Positions 9,233 through 20,305 of a stretch of 41,038 bases of DNA are shown here, one piece after another. Both the position numbers and the translations under genes were made by a program. Positions within the stretch are counted from its first letter, which is position 1. The number at the start of each line of letters is the position of its first letter. The notes under the pieces were generated by a model, which ran no database searches, was not told where the DNA came from, and saw only the letters and a list, made by a program, of their open reading frames with translations. Source of the stretch: Candidatus Colwellbacteria bacterium (GTDB lineage: Bacteria > Patescibacteriota > Minisyncoccia > UBA6257 > Colwellbacteraceae); contig JAUYKE010000002.1 of the NCBI GenBank assembly GCA_030700125.1, positions 1-41,038 on the forward strand. The letters are read 5' to 3'.

Positions 9233-10231
9233 ATGAAAAAAGCCCTTATTACCGGAGCCACTGGCCAAGACGGAAGTTATCTAATCGAGCTCCTACTGGA
9301 CAAAGGATACGAGGTTCACGGAGTAGTTCGGCGGGCTTCATCGTCTAATACTTCCCGAATTGACCACCTTTATCAAGACCCGCACATAAATGGTGTAAAT
9401 TTCCATCTGCATTACGGAGATCTGGCTGATGGAAACGCCATTCGGAAACTGATTTATAAGATTCAGCCGGATGAAATTTATAATTTGGGTGCCCAGTCCG
9501 ATGTGGAGATCTCATTTAAAATTCCTGAATACACGCTTGATGTTACCGGGGTGGGAACATTGCGTCTGCTTGAAGCAATTCGAGAGTTTGAAGTCCAAAC
9601 TGGCAAGAAGGTAAAGTTCTATCAAGCCTCCAGCTCCGAAATGTTCGGTAACTCACCGGCCCCCCAGCATGAAAAAACAGCGTTTAATCCCCGAAGTCCA
9701 TATGGAGCGGCTAAGGTTCTTGCTCACGACATTACGAAGAATTACAGAGAAGCATACGGCCTTTTTGCCGTTTCGGGTATTTTGTTTAACCACGAATCGC
9801 CGAGGAGGGGTGAAAACTTTGTAACCAGGAAAATTACCCGCGGAGTTGCGAGAATTAAGGCGGGACTGGATAAGAAGCTTTACCTCGGGAATTTAGATGC
9901 TAAGCGGGACTGGGGATACGCGCCGGAGTATATGGAAGCGGCTTGGCTCATGCTTCAGCAGCCGGAACCGGATGATTATGTGATCGGCACGGGCGAGAGC
10001 CGTTCGGTTAAAGAGTTCGTGGGGGAGGCATTCAAGCATGCCGGAATGCCGGACTGGCAAAATTATGCTGAAGTTAATGACCCGCGCTACTTGCGGCCAT
10101 CTGAAGTTCACTATCTTCAAGCTGATCCAAGGAAAGCTAAAGAGAAATTTGGTTGGACAGCAAAGACGAAGTGGAATGACTTGGTAAAAATAATGGTTGA
10201 TCATGACTTGAAGGAATACGGGATTATTTAA
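9233..10231 (+). CDS. gmd: GDP-mannose 4,6-dehydratase
   Basis: [35 protein letters not shown] (the Ser/Glu catalytic pair is present), [27 protein letters not shown] chose the ATG at 9233 rather than the track TTG at 9176, which overlaps the divergent GT2 gene. Confidence 0.9.
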   Translation: MKKALITGATGQDGSYLIELLLDKGYEVHGVVRRASSSNTSRIDHLYQDPHINGVNFHLHYGDLADGNAIRKLIYKIQPDEIYNLGAQSDVEISFKIPEYTLDVTGVGTLRLLEAIREFEVQTGKKVKFYQASSSEMFGNSPAPQHEKTAFNPRSPYGAAKVLAHDITKNYREAYGLFAVSGILFNHESPRRGENFVTRKITRGVARIKAGLDKKLYLGNLDAKRDWGYAPEYMEAAWLMLQQPEPDDYVIGTGESRSVKEFVGEAFKHAGMPDWQNYAEVNDPRYLRPSEVHYLQADPRKAKEKFGWTAKTKWNDLVKIMVDHDLKEYGII

Positions 10232-10237
10232 AGTTTA

Positions 10238-12454
<2,217 letters not shown>

Positions 12455-12455
<1 letters not shown>

Positions 12456-13576
12456 TAGATCAGTAATTTCTTAATTACTGCGGAGACGTAGCGGATTTCT
12501 TTTTCGGTATTGCCTAAACCGCTGGGGAGATATAAACCCTGTTTGGAAATTTTATCGGCGACTGGGAAATTACCATTGTTTTTCTCTGCAACTCTGCGGT
12601 ATTGGGGTTTTTTCCAGACCGGCTGACGGTGAAGGGGGTAGAAAAATGATCGCGTCCCGATGCCATGATAGGCAAGTTTTTTGGCGAAAGATTCGTTGTT
12701 AAAACCAGTGGATTTATCGAGGACCACGCCGTACATCCAGTAGATGTTTTTGGCGTAGGGTTTTTCGGCTGGGAGCTGAAGACCGGGAATGTTCGCGAGA
12801 AGCTTATTGTAGAGTGCTCCGTAGTCGCGTTTGATTTTTACTAACTTTCTAACGTTCTTCATCTGGGCAACGCCCAGAGCTGCTTGAATATTTGTTATCC
12901 GGTAATTTCTGGCGATTTCTGAGTGGTAATACCTCTTCTCCTTAACAAATCCCAAATCTCTTAACATGTCGGCCCTATCTTTAAAGTGTTTGCTATTCGT
13001 TAAAAGCATGCCTCCTTCGCCGGTTGTAATGGTTTTGTTGGGATAGAAGCTAAAACAGGAAATATCGCCGAAGCTACCGCACTTTTTACCCTTATATTCG
13101 GCACCAATTGCTTCAGCGGCATCTTCAATTATTAAAAGCTTGTGCTTACGGGCAATCTTTTTGATAGCGTCCATGTTGCAAGGATGGCCGTAAATGTGAA
13201 CACCCATAATGGCTTTAGTTCGCTTGTTAATCTTCTTTTCAATCTGGGAGACATCCATGTTCCAGGAATACGCGTCGGCGTCAACAAATACTGGAATGCC
13301 GCCGTAGCTAACCACTGCTACAGCACAGCTCATAATGGTGAAGGTGGGCATTATTACCTCGTCACCGGGCTTGAGTTCAATGGCGCCTATTGCTACTTCC
13401 AGAGCGGCGGTGCCGCTACTTACCGCCGTGCCATATTTTTTTCCGATGAAACTTGAGAATTTATTCTCAAACTCTTTGACAAAAGGGCCTTCCGAAGAGA
13501 TCCAGCCGGTTCTAATGGCCTCCGTTAGATATTTTGCCTCACCGCTAATAAAGAGCGGCCTGTTAACCGGAATCAT
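12455..13576 (-). CDS. per: GDP-perosamine synthase (DegT-family aminotransferase)
   Basis: Collinear with E. coli O157 Per/RfbE as I remember it: WISSEGPFVKEFENKF, HIYGHPCNMD, IIEDAAEAIGAEYKGK, FYPNKTITTGEGGMLLTN, NYRITNIQAALGVAQ. Confidence 0.75.
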
Positions 13577-13578
13577 TT

Positions 13579-13995
13579 CTATTCGAAATAGTGAGCTTTA
13601 TCATCTTCTCCGAGATATGGGCCTTGCTTCACTTCAATGATTTCAACATCTTTCAAAACCTCAATGCCATGGCCGCCATGAGCGAGAAGAATAATGTCGC
13701 CGCTCTCAAGCTCCCGGGCGTCAAGATAATTCCCTTCGTTGTCATAGAAGTCAACTCGACACCTGCCGCTTCGAATGAAAAGGACCTCCTGGGTATGCGT
13801 AATCTCGCGAGGGATAACCTTGTGAGTGTGTGGTTTAACAACATGCCCTGCCGGATGCTTTAAGAATCCAAGCTGTTTAGGGAAATCATCTGGAGTGAGA
13901 AAATTTACTCCTTCGTCAGCGTGAGTGTTGTAGATGATGATGGCGATAATATTATCGCCGTGTTTTATAGTCTCTTTCCCTTTATCGCGAGCCAT
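13579..13995 (-). CDS. Small cupin-fold protein (WbuC / sugar ketoisomerase-like)
   Basis: 138 aa with a His cluster (HPAGHVVKPHTHK) and beta-rich sequence typical of cupins. Co-translated between the GT4 gene and per. Confidence 0.55.
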   Translation of the reverse strand: MARDKGKETIKHGDNIIAIIIYNTHADEGVNFLTPDDFPKQLGFLKHPAGHVVKPHTHKVIPREITHTQEVLFIRSGRCRVDFYDNEGNYLDARELESGDIILLAHGGHGIEVLKDVEIIEVKQGPYLGEDDKAHYFE

Positions 13996-15220
13996 AATGG
14001 AGAGCTTCCTCGATTACCTCGGCCCATTTTTCCCCGTAGTTCTCGAGAGTAAGGTCTTTGGTTTGGGCGTAGCCCTTCTTAACCATCTCTTTTCTCAAAT
14101 TCTCATTGGTCCATACCTTATAAACCTTTTCGGCAATATCATCAATATTCTCGGGATTAAAGAGAAGAGCGGCATCGCCTACCTGTTTCGGTACCTCAAA
14201 GATATTGGCGGTTACAACCGGGGTGCCCAAGACCATTGCCTCCAGTGGCGGAAGAGTAGTTGGCCCCTGGAAAGCAGGGGAAACAAGGGCCACCGCCTTT
14301 TTATAGAGCGCCACGGTTTCAATATCTTCCACGTAACCAGGGTGGGTAATTAAGTTTCTTATGCCTAAGCCCTCCGCGAGATCCATTACCTGTTTAAAGT
14401 AGCGAGCGTGGTTGCCTTTATTGCTGCCTACCATCACCAGCGGAATTTCTACTCCGTGCTCTTGCTTAATCTTGTGGAGGGCTTTGAGGAGACGGTCGTG
14501 ATATTTCTGAGGCCAGAATTGGGCCGGGTAATAAATAAACTTTTCGGGTAGTCTGTATCTTCCTAGAAGTTTCGCGGCTTTCTCCTGAGTCATATCTTTG
14601 TTCTCGTAGGTATAACTGGGAGCAACGTAATAGATGGTCCGGATTTTAGTCACGGGCACCCTAGTAAAGGTATGAATATCGTCCGCTCCCTGGACAGAAT
14701 CGGCTACAGTCAAAAGGGAGTGGCGGGCATAGTAGGGATAGATAATGTCGCGGGTCGTCTTTGTTGCCCAAGTATATTCCGGCCAGCGGGGGTAATATTT
14801 ATGCATGTAGTCGGGGAGGCAGGCAAGATAAGGAATTTTAAAAGGCACGTCGAAAGAAAAGGGGGTAGAGATGACGAGAAGATCAATGTTTCTATGCTGG
14901 AGGGCTTTATCCAGCTCTTTTATCACCAATGAGTCCAACCCGGTGACAAGCCCCAGAAAGTGAATTGCTTTTCTTAAGGGGTTGTGGCGACGGCGGGGCA
15001 GGGCGATATATTCCGCCTTACCCGAGATGACGGGTTTTGGCTCCCCCTCGTAATAAACGATGGAGTATTGAAATTTATCCGGAGCGTAAGCGAGGAGTCC
15101 GTTGGCGACGCTTAGAGTAAACTGGAAGACGCCACCGCCCGATCTCACGGGGAATAGAATCCCGATGTGTTTTTTTACCCCCACACCAATATTGGATTGG
15201 GGAAGATTTTGGTTAGCCAT
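13982..15220 (-). CDS. GT-B glycosyltransferase, family 4 type
   Basis: C-terminal E-x7-E-like region (PPLEAMVLGTPVVTANIFEVPKQVGDAALLF). Length is typical. Confidence 0.8.
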   Translation of the reverse strand: MANQNLPQSNIGVGVKKHIGILFPVRSGGGVFQFTLSVANGLLAYAPDKFQYSIVYYEGEPKPVISGKAEYIALPRRRHNPLRKAIHFLGLVTGLDSLVIKELDKALQHRNIDLLVISTPFSFDVPFKIPYLACLPDYMHKYYPRWPEYTWATKTTRDIIYPYYARHSLLTVADSVQGADDIHTFTRVPVTKIRTIYYVAPSYTYENKDMTQEKAAKLLGRYRLPEKFIYYPAQFWPQKYHDRLLKALHKIKQEHGVEIPLVMVGSNKGNHARYFKQVMDLAEGLGIRNLITHPGYVEDIETVALYKKAVALVSPAFQGPTTLPPLEAMVLGTPVVTANIFEVPKQVGDAALLFNPENIDDIAEKVYKVWTNENLRKEMVKKGYAQTKDLTLENYGEKWAEVIEEALHYGSR

Positions 15221-15310
15221 GATATTTTAACTTAGATTATTCCACGAACATTAATGATCTAATATCAACTGTTGCCTGAAGGCAACATTATCTAATATTG
15301 GTGTGGGGGT

Positions 15311-16288
15311 TCATGAAGTTGTTGGCAGGGTTTTGCCTACAGCTTCTAGGTCACTAATAAGCATGAGGCGGATAAGTTCTTTGAATTTTACTTGAGGGTT
15401 AAAGCCGAAGGCATTCTTGGCCTTGGAGATATCGCCTACAAGAACCGTGGTAGTGGCTGGCCGAAGGAATTTTGGATTGATTTTGATGTATTGCTTTGGG
15501 TCGAGACCAACGGCGGCAAATGTTTCATCTACCCATTCTTGGACTGAATGGGTTTCAGCGGTGCAAATTATGTAATCGTCAGGTTTCGGCTGTTGCATGA
15601 TATTCCAGGCGGCTTCCATGTATTCCTTGGCGTAGCCCCAGTCAATTTGAGCAGAGAGGTCACCGAGTTCCAGGGAATTTTGGAGGCCGGCATAAATTCT
15701 AGCTACTGACTTGGTCACCTTTCTTGTTAAATATTCTTCCGGACGGCGAGGAGATTCATGGTTGTAGAAGATGGCGGTGGCGACAAACATACCGTAAGTT
15801 TCGCGGTAAAATTTGGAGATAACGTAAGCTAGAACTTTAGCGCAGGCATAAGGACTTTGCGGGTAAAAAGGAGTGGTTTCTTTTTGAGGTGTTTCCATCG
15901 CTTTGCCGAAAATATTTGAGGAGAGCGGCTGGAAGAATTTAATTCTGGGATTTACTTGCTTAATGATTTCGAGCAAACGCCCAACGGCGGCGCCGGTGAC
16001 GTTGTATTGAAAATCCACCATGTCGTAGCTCCAGCCGACATGGTCTTGGTCGGCTTCGTTGTAAATCTCTTCCGGATTAACTTCTTTAATCACTCGGTAG
16101 AGAGAGGTGGTGTCCAAAAGATCGCCGCGATGGAGGGTAATCTTATCTAGAATGTGTTCAATATTTCGAGTGTTGCCAGTGGCTGACTTGCGATACAAGC
16201 CGTGCACTTCATATCCTTTTTCCAGTAAAACCTCGGCTAGATATGAGCCATCTTGGCCAGTGATACCGAGAATTAAAGCTTTTTTCAT
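15311..16288 (-). CDS. Gmd-family short-chain dehydrogenase paralog with a divergent active site
   Basis: [49 protein letters not shown] are Gmd-like. Where Gmd has [16 protein letters not shown], this protein has PLSSNIFG (Glu to Asn, codon 15914-15916), and NLGAxSHV is replaced by NEADQDHV. Confidence 0.8.
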   Translation of the reverse strand: MKKALILGITGQDGSYLAEVLLEKGYEVHGLYRKSATGNTRNIEHILDKITLHRGDLLDTTSLYRVIKEVNPEEIYNEADQDHVGWSYDMVDFQYNVTGAAVGRLLEIIKQVNPRIKFFQPLSSNIFGKAMETPQKETTPFYPQSPYACAKVLAYVISKFYRETYGMFVATAIFYNHESPRRPEEYLTRKVTKSVARIYAGLQNSLELGDLSAQIDWGYAKEYMEAAWNIMQQPKPDDYIICTAETHSVQEWVDETFAAVGLDPKQYIKINPKFLRPATTTVLVGDISKAKNAFGFNPQVKFKELIRLMLISDLEAVGKTLPTTS

Positions 16289-16326
16289 GATGCTGGTTTA
16301 TCTTAACCACGTTTTTCAAAAATGAG

Positions 16327-16351
16327 AAGACCCCGCCCACGGCGAGGTCTT
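16327..16351 (-). terminator. Probable intrinsic terminator after the C-methyltransferase gene
   Basis: Stem aagacc(c)cgcc/ggcgaggtctt with a 3-nt loop. On the minus strand it is followed by ctcatttttg. Confidence 0.45.
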
Positions 16352-16381
16352 GTACAAGTATAACGACTTACGATGCCGCCA

Positions 16382-17584
16382 TTACTTCTTCGCGCTAACT
16401 ATTCGGAATTTTGGGAGAGGGACAATAAATTTACCGCCTTTCTTCAGCCACTCCTTTTCTCTTTTGTAAAAAGTATCAAAGAAAGCCCAAGGGGAAACGA
16501 AAAAATAATCAGCATCTTTGCGAGCTTTCTCTTCATTCACGATGGGAATTAAAGTGCCCACGGTATACTTACCCCATTTCTGTTCGTCTTTATCGGCTGC
16601 GGCTTTAATTAATTTATTATTCAAGCCGTAGTATTGGAGAATAGTATTACCTTTGGTTGAGGCACCGTAGACATAAACCTTTTTACCTTTTTTCACTTCA
16701 CGCTTAATGAAATCAACCGCCTTCTTTTTATTTGCTTCCAGTCGCTTGGCGAAAGCTTTGTAATCGTATTTCGGCTCCTTGTATTTAATGCTGCCTTTCT
16801 TCAGATGGCGGGCGAAGAGGCGATAACTGCCGCCGTTAATGCTATTCTCTTCTACTTTGAATATTTCCAAACCATTCTTCTCAAAAAAGTAGACGAGTGA
16901 AGGATAAGAGTAATATTCAAGGTGTTCGTGGCAGATGTTTCCGAGATCATTGGTATTAATCATCGGAGCAAGAGTCATAAGCTGGGCGATGAAGACGCCG
17001 TTTTTATCAAGCGCTTTCACGGCATCGGTAATGAACTGATTTGGATTTTCCATGTCGTAAAACATGCCGATGGCGGTAATAACTTTTGCTTTTTTGTCGC
17101 CGAATTTTTTCTGCCAATTTTTGTGGGTCCAGAAGTCGGCGATAACGTGAGGCGTCACTTTCCTCAAATATTTAATAAGATTGGTAGCGGGTTCGCAGCC
17201 AACGCGAATCACCGATTTTGGATAGAACTTCAGCATCGTGCCGTCGTTGGCACCGATATCCAAAACAATGTCGCCCTTTTTAAGTTTGGCCATCTTCGTT
17301 GCTACTTGGGCGATCTCTTTCAAGTCAGCGGTAATAACGGGATTAATGCCCGAGCGGTACCAATAGTGGCGAGCGTAGAGCAGTTCTTGGGGAGCGGTGT
17401 GTTTTAGCTGGAGAAGGTCGCAATTTTTACAGTGGACCAGTTCCAGCGGGGCGCGGGGCGCTTTCTCCTTTTTACTCTTAACAAAAGTGGAGATATAAAG
17501 ATTGCCGATACTAAAGACCTTCTCAAGTTTACTTGAGCCACAAACGCGGCAAGTTTTTCGAGTAGTATGGCGAGGGATCTTCAT
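16382..17584 (-). CDS. NDP-hexose C-methyltransferase (TylCIII/EryBIII-like; Zn-ribbon + SAM MTase + C-terminal domain)
   Basis: N-terminal CRVCGS...CKNCDLLQL zinc ribbon, SAM motif VLDIGANDGTML, 400-aa length and a C-terminal Rossmann-like domain (KKVYVYGASTKGNT). Confidence 0.75.
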   Translation of the reverse strand: MKIPRHTTRKTCRVCGSSKLEKVFSIGNLYISTFVKSKKEKAPRAPLELVHCKNCDLLQLKHTAPQELLYARHYWYRSGINPVITADLKEIAQVATKMAKLKKGDIVLDIGANDGTMLKFYPKSVIRVGCEPATNLIKYLRKVTPHVIADFWTHKNWQKKFGDKKAKVITAIGMFYDMENPNQFITDAVKALDKNGVFIAQLMTLAPMINTNDLGNICHEHLEYYSYPSLVYFFEKNGLEIFKVEENSINGGSYRLFARHLKKGSIKYKEPKYDYKAFAKRLEANKKKAVDFIKREVKKGKKVYVYGASTKGNTILQYYGLNNKLIKAAADKDEQKWGKYTVGTLIPIVNEEKARKDADYFFVSPWAFFDTFYKREKEWLKKGGKFIVPLPKFRIVSAKK

Positions 17585-17661
17585 AATAACGCGGTTTAGT
17601 ATAGCGAAATCGAGTTCAAAAACAACTCTGCCAGTGTTATCCCCAATCGGGAGGGAGCTTT

Positions 17662-18717
17662 ATGTGCTATAATTTAACCGCTATGAGATTTACTAAGGAT
17701 ATCCTAATATTAGTGGGCGTGGTGGTTGGGATGGTGACTCTCACCGCTTCCGCTTCAGCCCGTTATGTGCCGGGCGGAGAAACCACTACTTATACTTATT
17801 ATTCAGCTACCAGCACTGCGGCACCTGACAGTACCAGCGCAACAACGACTACCCCCACCACAACTACTAGTACGCCAGAACCGACACCTGAAAGCACAAC
17901 AGCCACTCAACCATCAGCAATTATTGACAATCTTGCAGGTCAGCTTAATGCATTACTGGAACAATTAATTGCTTTACTTACTGTGCAGATACAAGATCTG
18001 CAGCAGCAATTGGTTGTTAAGCTAGGACAGCAGCCAACCGTTACTACCCCGACCCCGGCTGCCACTGCAACCACTACTGCCGAAACTGCTGTGACTTCCG
18101 CTGTTGCCGCAAATAAGCCCCCACGAGTTAATATTACTTTTCCTTATGGCGGACTTGAGCTTAGTGCTTCGGCCTCTACTGATGTTACCGCTTCAGCCGT
18201 GGATGATGACGGCACGATCAGCAAAGTAGAATTCTTTGATGGCGCAACCTTAATCGGAACCCATGCCGGCTCCATAGGTCCCTGGAGCGTGAGATGGAAC
18301 AATATATCAGCAGGCGAACATATTCTTACAGCCAAAGCTACTGATAACGGAGGAACTACAAGTACTTCGGGTCCGGTTACGACTACTTCGGCTCCGGTTA
18401 CCCTGACAGTTCAAGCTCTCGGCACGGGTATTGCCGGATTCCAAGATATACCTCCGGTGATTACTATCGCTACAACGATTACGGGTACTGCTTTGACAGC
18501 TACAGCTACAGTCACTACTTATGCAGGTAGCATTACTAATGTTGTGTGGTCTCGTGCTGCCTCGACTACGTCCGATGGGGCCTATGTGACTGATGCCACT
18601 TCGCCTTATAATGGTGCCGCGACTCTCGCAGTAGGTGTTCACACTATTTCAGCTATAGCCACTAACAGTCAGGGCACTACAGCTAGAACCGCGTCTACAA
18701 CGGTAACGACTAACTAA
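17662..18717 (+). CDS. Secreted/anchored Thr-rich protein with a coiled-coil segment and two Ig-like (Big_7-type) domains
   Basis: Signal/anchor MRFTKDILILVGVVVGMVTLTASASA. Low-complexity TTTTPTTTTSTPEPTPESTTAT. Heptad-like LAGQLNALLEQLIALLTVQIQDLQQQL. Two repeats of the pattern ...VEFFDGATLIG...W...GEHILTAKATDNGG.... The start may be 17683. Confidence 0.7.
   Translation: MCYNLTAMRFTKDILILVGVVVGMVTLTASASARYVPGGETTTYTYYSATSTAAPDSTSATTTTPTTTTSTPEPTPESTTATQPSAIIDNLAGQLNALLEQLIALLTVQIQDLQQQLVVKLGQQPTVTTPTPAATATTTAETAVTSAVAANKPPRVNITFPYGGLELSASASTDVTASAVDDDGTISKVEFFDGATLIGTHAGSIGPWSVRWNNISAGEHILTAKATDNGGTTSTSGPVTTTSAPVTLTVQALGTGIAGFQDIPPVITIATTITGTALTATATVTTYAGSITNVVWSRAASTTSDGAYVTDATSPYNGAATLAVGVHTISAIATNSQGTTARTASTTVTTN
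17665..17673 (+). promoter_or_regulatory. Extended -10 element (TGCTATAAT)
   Basis: Perfect TGnTATAAT 10 nt upstream of the ATG at 17683. It competes with the alternative start at 17662, which has the SD GGGAGGGAG at 17649-17657. Confidence 0.3.
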
Positions 18718-18740
18718 GCAGCAGCAATTAACTGCGCAAA

Positions 18741-18780
18741 GAAAAACCGCCGTTAACAGCGGTTTTTCTTGTGTTGTTTT
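18741..18780. terminator. Hairpin between convergent genes (likely bidirectional terminator)
   Basis: gaaaaaccgc / gcggtttttc stem with an 8-nt loop, an A-run before and a T-run after. Overlaps the last codons of the minus-strand methyltransferase gene. Confidence 0.55.
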
Positions 18781-19562
18781 CCGATAAAGTTAAAACTCTC
18801 TTTATCCGGAGAATAGCCGGAAGAGATTTCCTCTAATCCATATTTTTTAAAAATTTTAGGATAGGGGTGGATGTAGCTTTGACTGGATAGCTTAATGCTT
18901 TTGATAAGTTCCGAGAGGTCGCGCTTTTGGGAGGCGTCGTTATAGACGACGTAACCCCTAAAGTGTTTTTGAATAATTCCGCAGACTTTCTCAAGATCAA
19001 CGGGATTAAGATAGGCAAAGATACCATAGCTGAAAATTAACCCGGCTTTTTTCAGAATATCTCGGTATTTTTCGATGTTCCTTACGTCATCAACAAAAAC
19101 CTTGATATGGGGATTATTTAGCGCTTTGGCGTGATCCACAATTTCCGGCGTAATATCCACTCCGTAGAGCTCTAAGTGGGGATATTTATTGGCGAGGTGC
19201 TCCAAATGACGGAGAAAACCGCACCCTAACTCAAAAACTGTTTTCACATTTTTGGTTTCAATAAGGTTCTCAATCTCTTTGAGGTAATATTCGGGGATGG
19301 GCGTCTGGTTGAAACTTGCGAGATATTTCGCACCCCACTCTTTCCAGAATTTATTGTTTAATTCTTCACTGTTTAAGCGGCGGGTTTTATAAAAGTAGTA
19401 ATCAAAAAAAGAGGTATTCAAGAGCTTTCGGAGTGGCAGAGTATTGTGGAATTGTTTCGGTTTGTAGCCAAAATAAAAAAGAGCGGCTCCAAGAGTTTTA
19501 GTGAGGAGACTTTTTAGGGGAGTGGGAAGGATACGATTCAGAAATTTTAGTAGAGATCTCAT
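18753..19562 (-). CDS. Class I SAM-dependent methyltransferase
   Basis: Motif I VFELGCGFLRHL, acidic loop YGVDITPE. 4-nt overlap with the sulfotransferase gene. Confidence 0.7.
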   Translation of the reverse strand: MRSLLKFLNRILPTPLKSLLTKTLGAALFYFGYKPKQFHNTLPLRKLLNTSFFDYYFYKTRRLNSEELNNKFWKEWGAKYLASFNQTPIPEYYLKEIENLIETKNVKTVFELGCGFLRHLEHLANKYPHLELYGVDITPEIVDHAKALNNPHIKVFVDDVRNIEKYRDILKKAGLIFSYGIFAYLNPVDLEKVCGIIQKHFRGYVVYNDASQKRDLSELIKSIKLSSQSYIHPYPKIFKKYGLEEISSGYSPDKESFNFIGKQHKKNRC

Positions 19563-20305
19563 TTAGTTCTGTAACCGAGGTGCTTCATGGTTTTTCCGGC
19601 TATGGCGTGAAAAATCTTAAGCTCAAGCCGGGAAAATTGATTTTTAAAGTCTCCGACAACACCTTTGCGGAAAGGCATACTTTTGCTTTCCTCTTTACCT
19701 TTCTCGCGGCCGGAGAGCTTATCAAAGGTAAAGTTATCAATTGCTTCTTGGATGAGCTTATCGCTGGCTTTGACTTCTAGGTAATTGAGGATTTCTTTCA
19801 GGGTTTCTACGGGGTGGGATGATACATTCTCATATTTTACCCGGTGGTATTTAATATCCGGTCTTTCGGTCCAGAGGCGGATGAATTTTTTCCATTTGTG
19901 AGCAGTCCAGGCGTAGCTCAAAGGGCGGATAGAGCTCAGCGTATAAAATAACCTTTCTTTTAAAGTTGTCGGTGGCTCAAGATTGACCAATTCTTTATAT
20001 CGGTAGTAGGCGGAAACGGCGATGTCGCGGGGGTCACGGGTAAGGAAAATAATCTTGTCGGTTAAGTTAACGTTTTTGGCCGGCCAGTTGTGGGTCTTAA
20101 TGACCATGGAGTAGGGGCTTTTGGGGCGATTGGGGAGACTGCCTCCAGTTAGGGAGATGACCCGTTCATCAGTTGTATAGAGCATGCCTTTTAGAAAATC
20201 GTAGGGCTCAATGTATTTGGCATTCAAAATATAGCAGAGCATGTAGCTTAGCCAGCCCTGTCCAGAACGGCCGTAGTCGGCTATAAGGATTACTTTTTCA
20301 GACAT
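19559..20305 (-). CDS. PAPS-dependent sulfotransferase
   Basis: 5'-PSB-like loop ADYGRSGQGWL and 3'-PB motif FLTRDPRDIAVSAYY. 8-nt overlap with cysC. Confidence 0.75.
   Translation of the reverse strand: MSEKVILIADYGRSGQGWLSYMLCYILNAKYIEPYDFLKGMLYTTDERVISLTGGSLPNRPKSPYSMVIKTHNWPAKNVNLTDKIIFLTRDPRDIAVSAYYRYKELVNLEPPTTLKERLFYTLSSIRPLSYAWTAHKWKKFIRLWTERPDIKYHRVKYENVSSHPVETLKEILNYLEVKASDKLIQEAIDNFTFDKLSGREKGKEESKSMPFRKGVVGDFKNQFSRLELKIFHAIAGKTMKHLGYRTK

Noticed and set aside
16922-17407. Long antisense or shadow ORFs inside well-supported genes, e.g. 16922..17407, 20915..21361, 22372..22779, 13934..14353, 27489..27869, 32169..32558, 7371..7769, 5701..6048, 38190..38432
   Set aside because: Each lies wholly within, and antisense or out of frame to, a CDS with strong family motifs. 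They have low-complexity or Arg/Ser-rich composition and no independent start signals.
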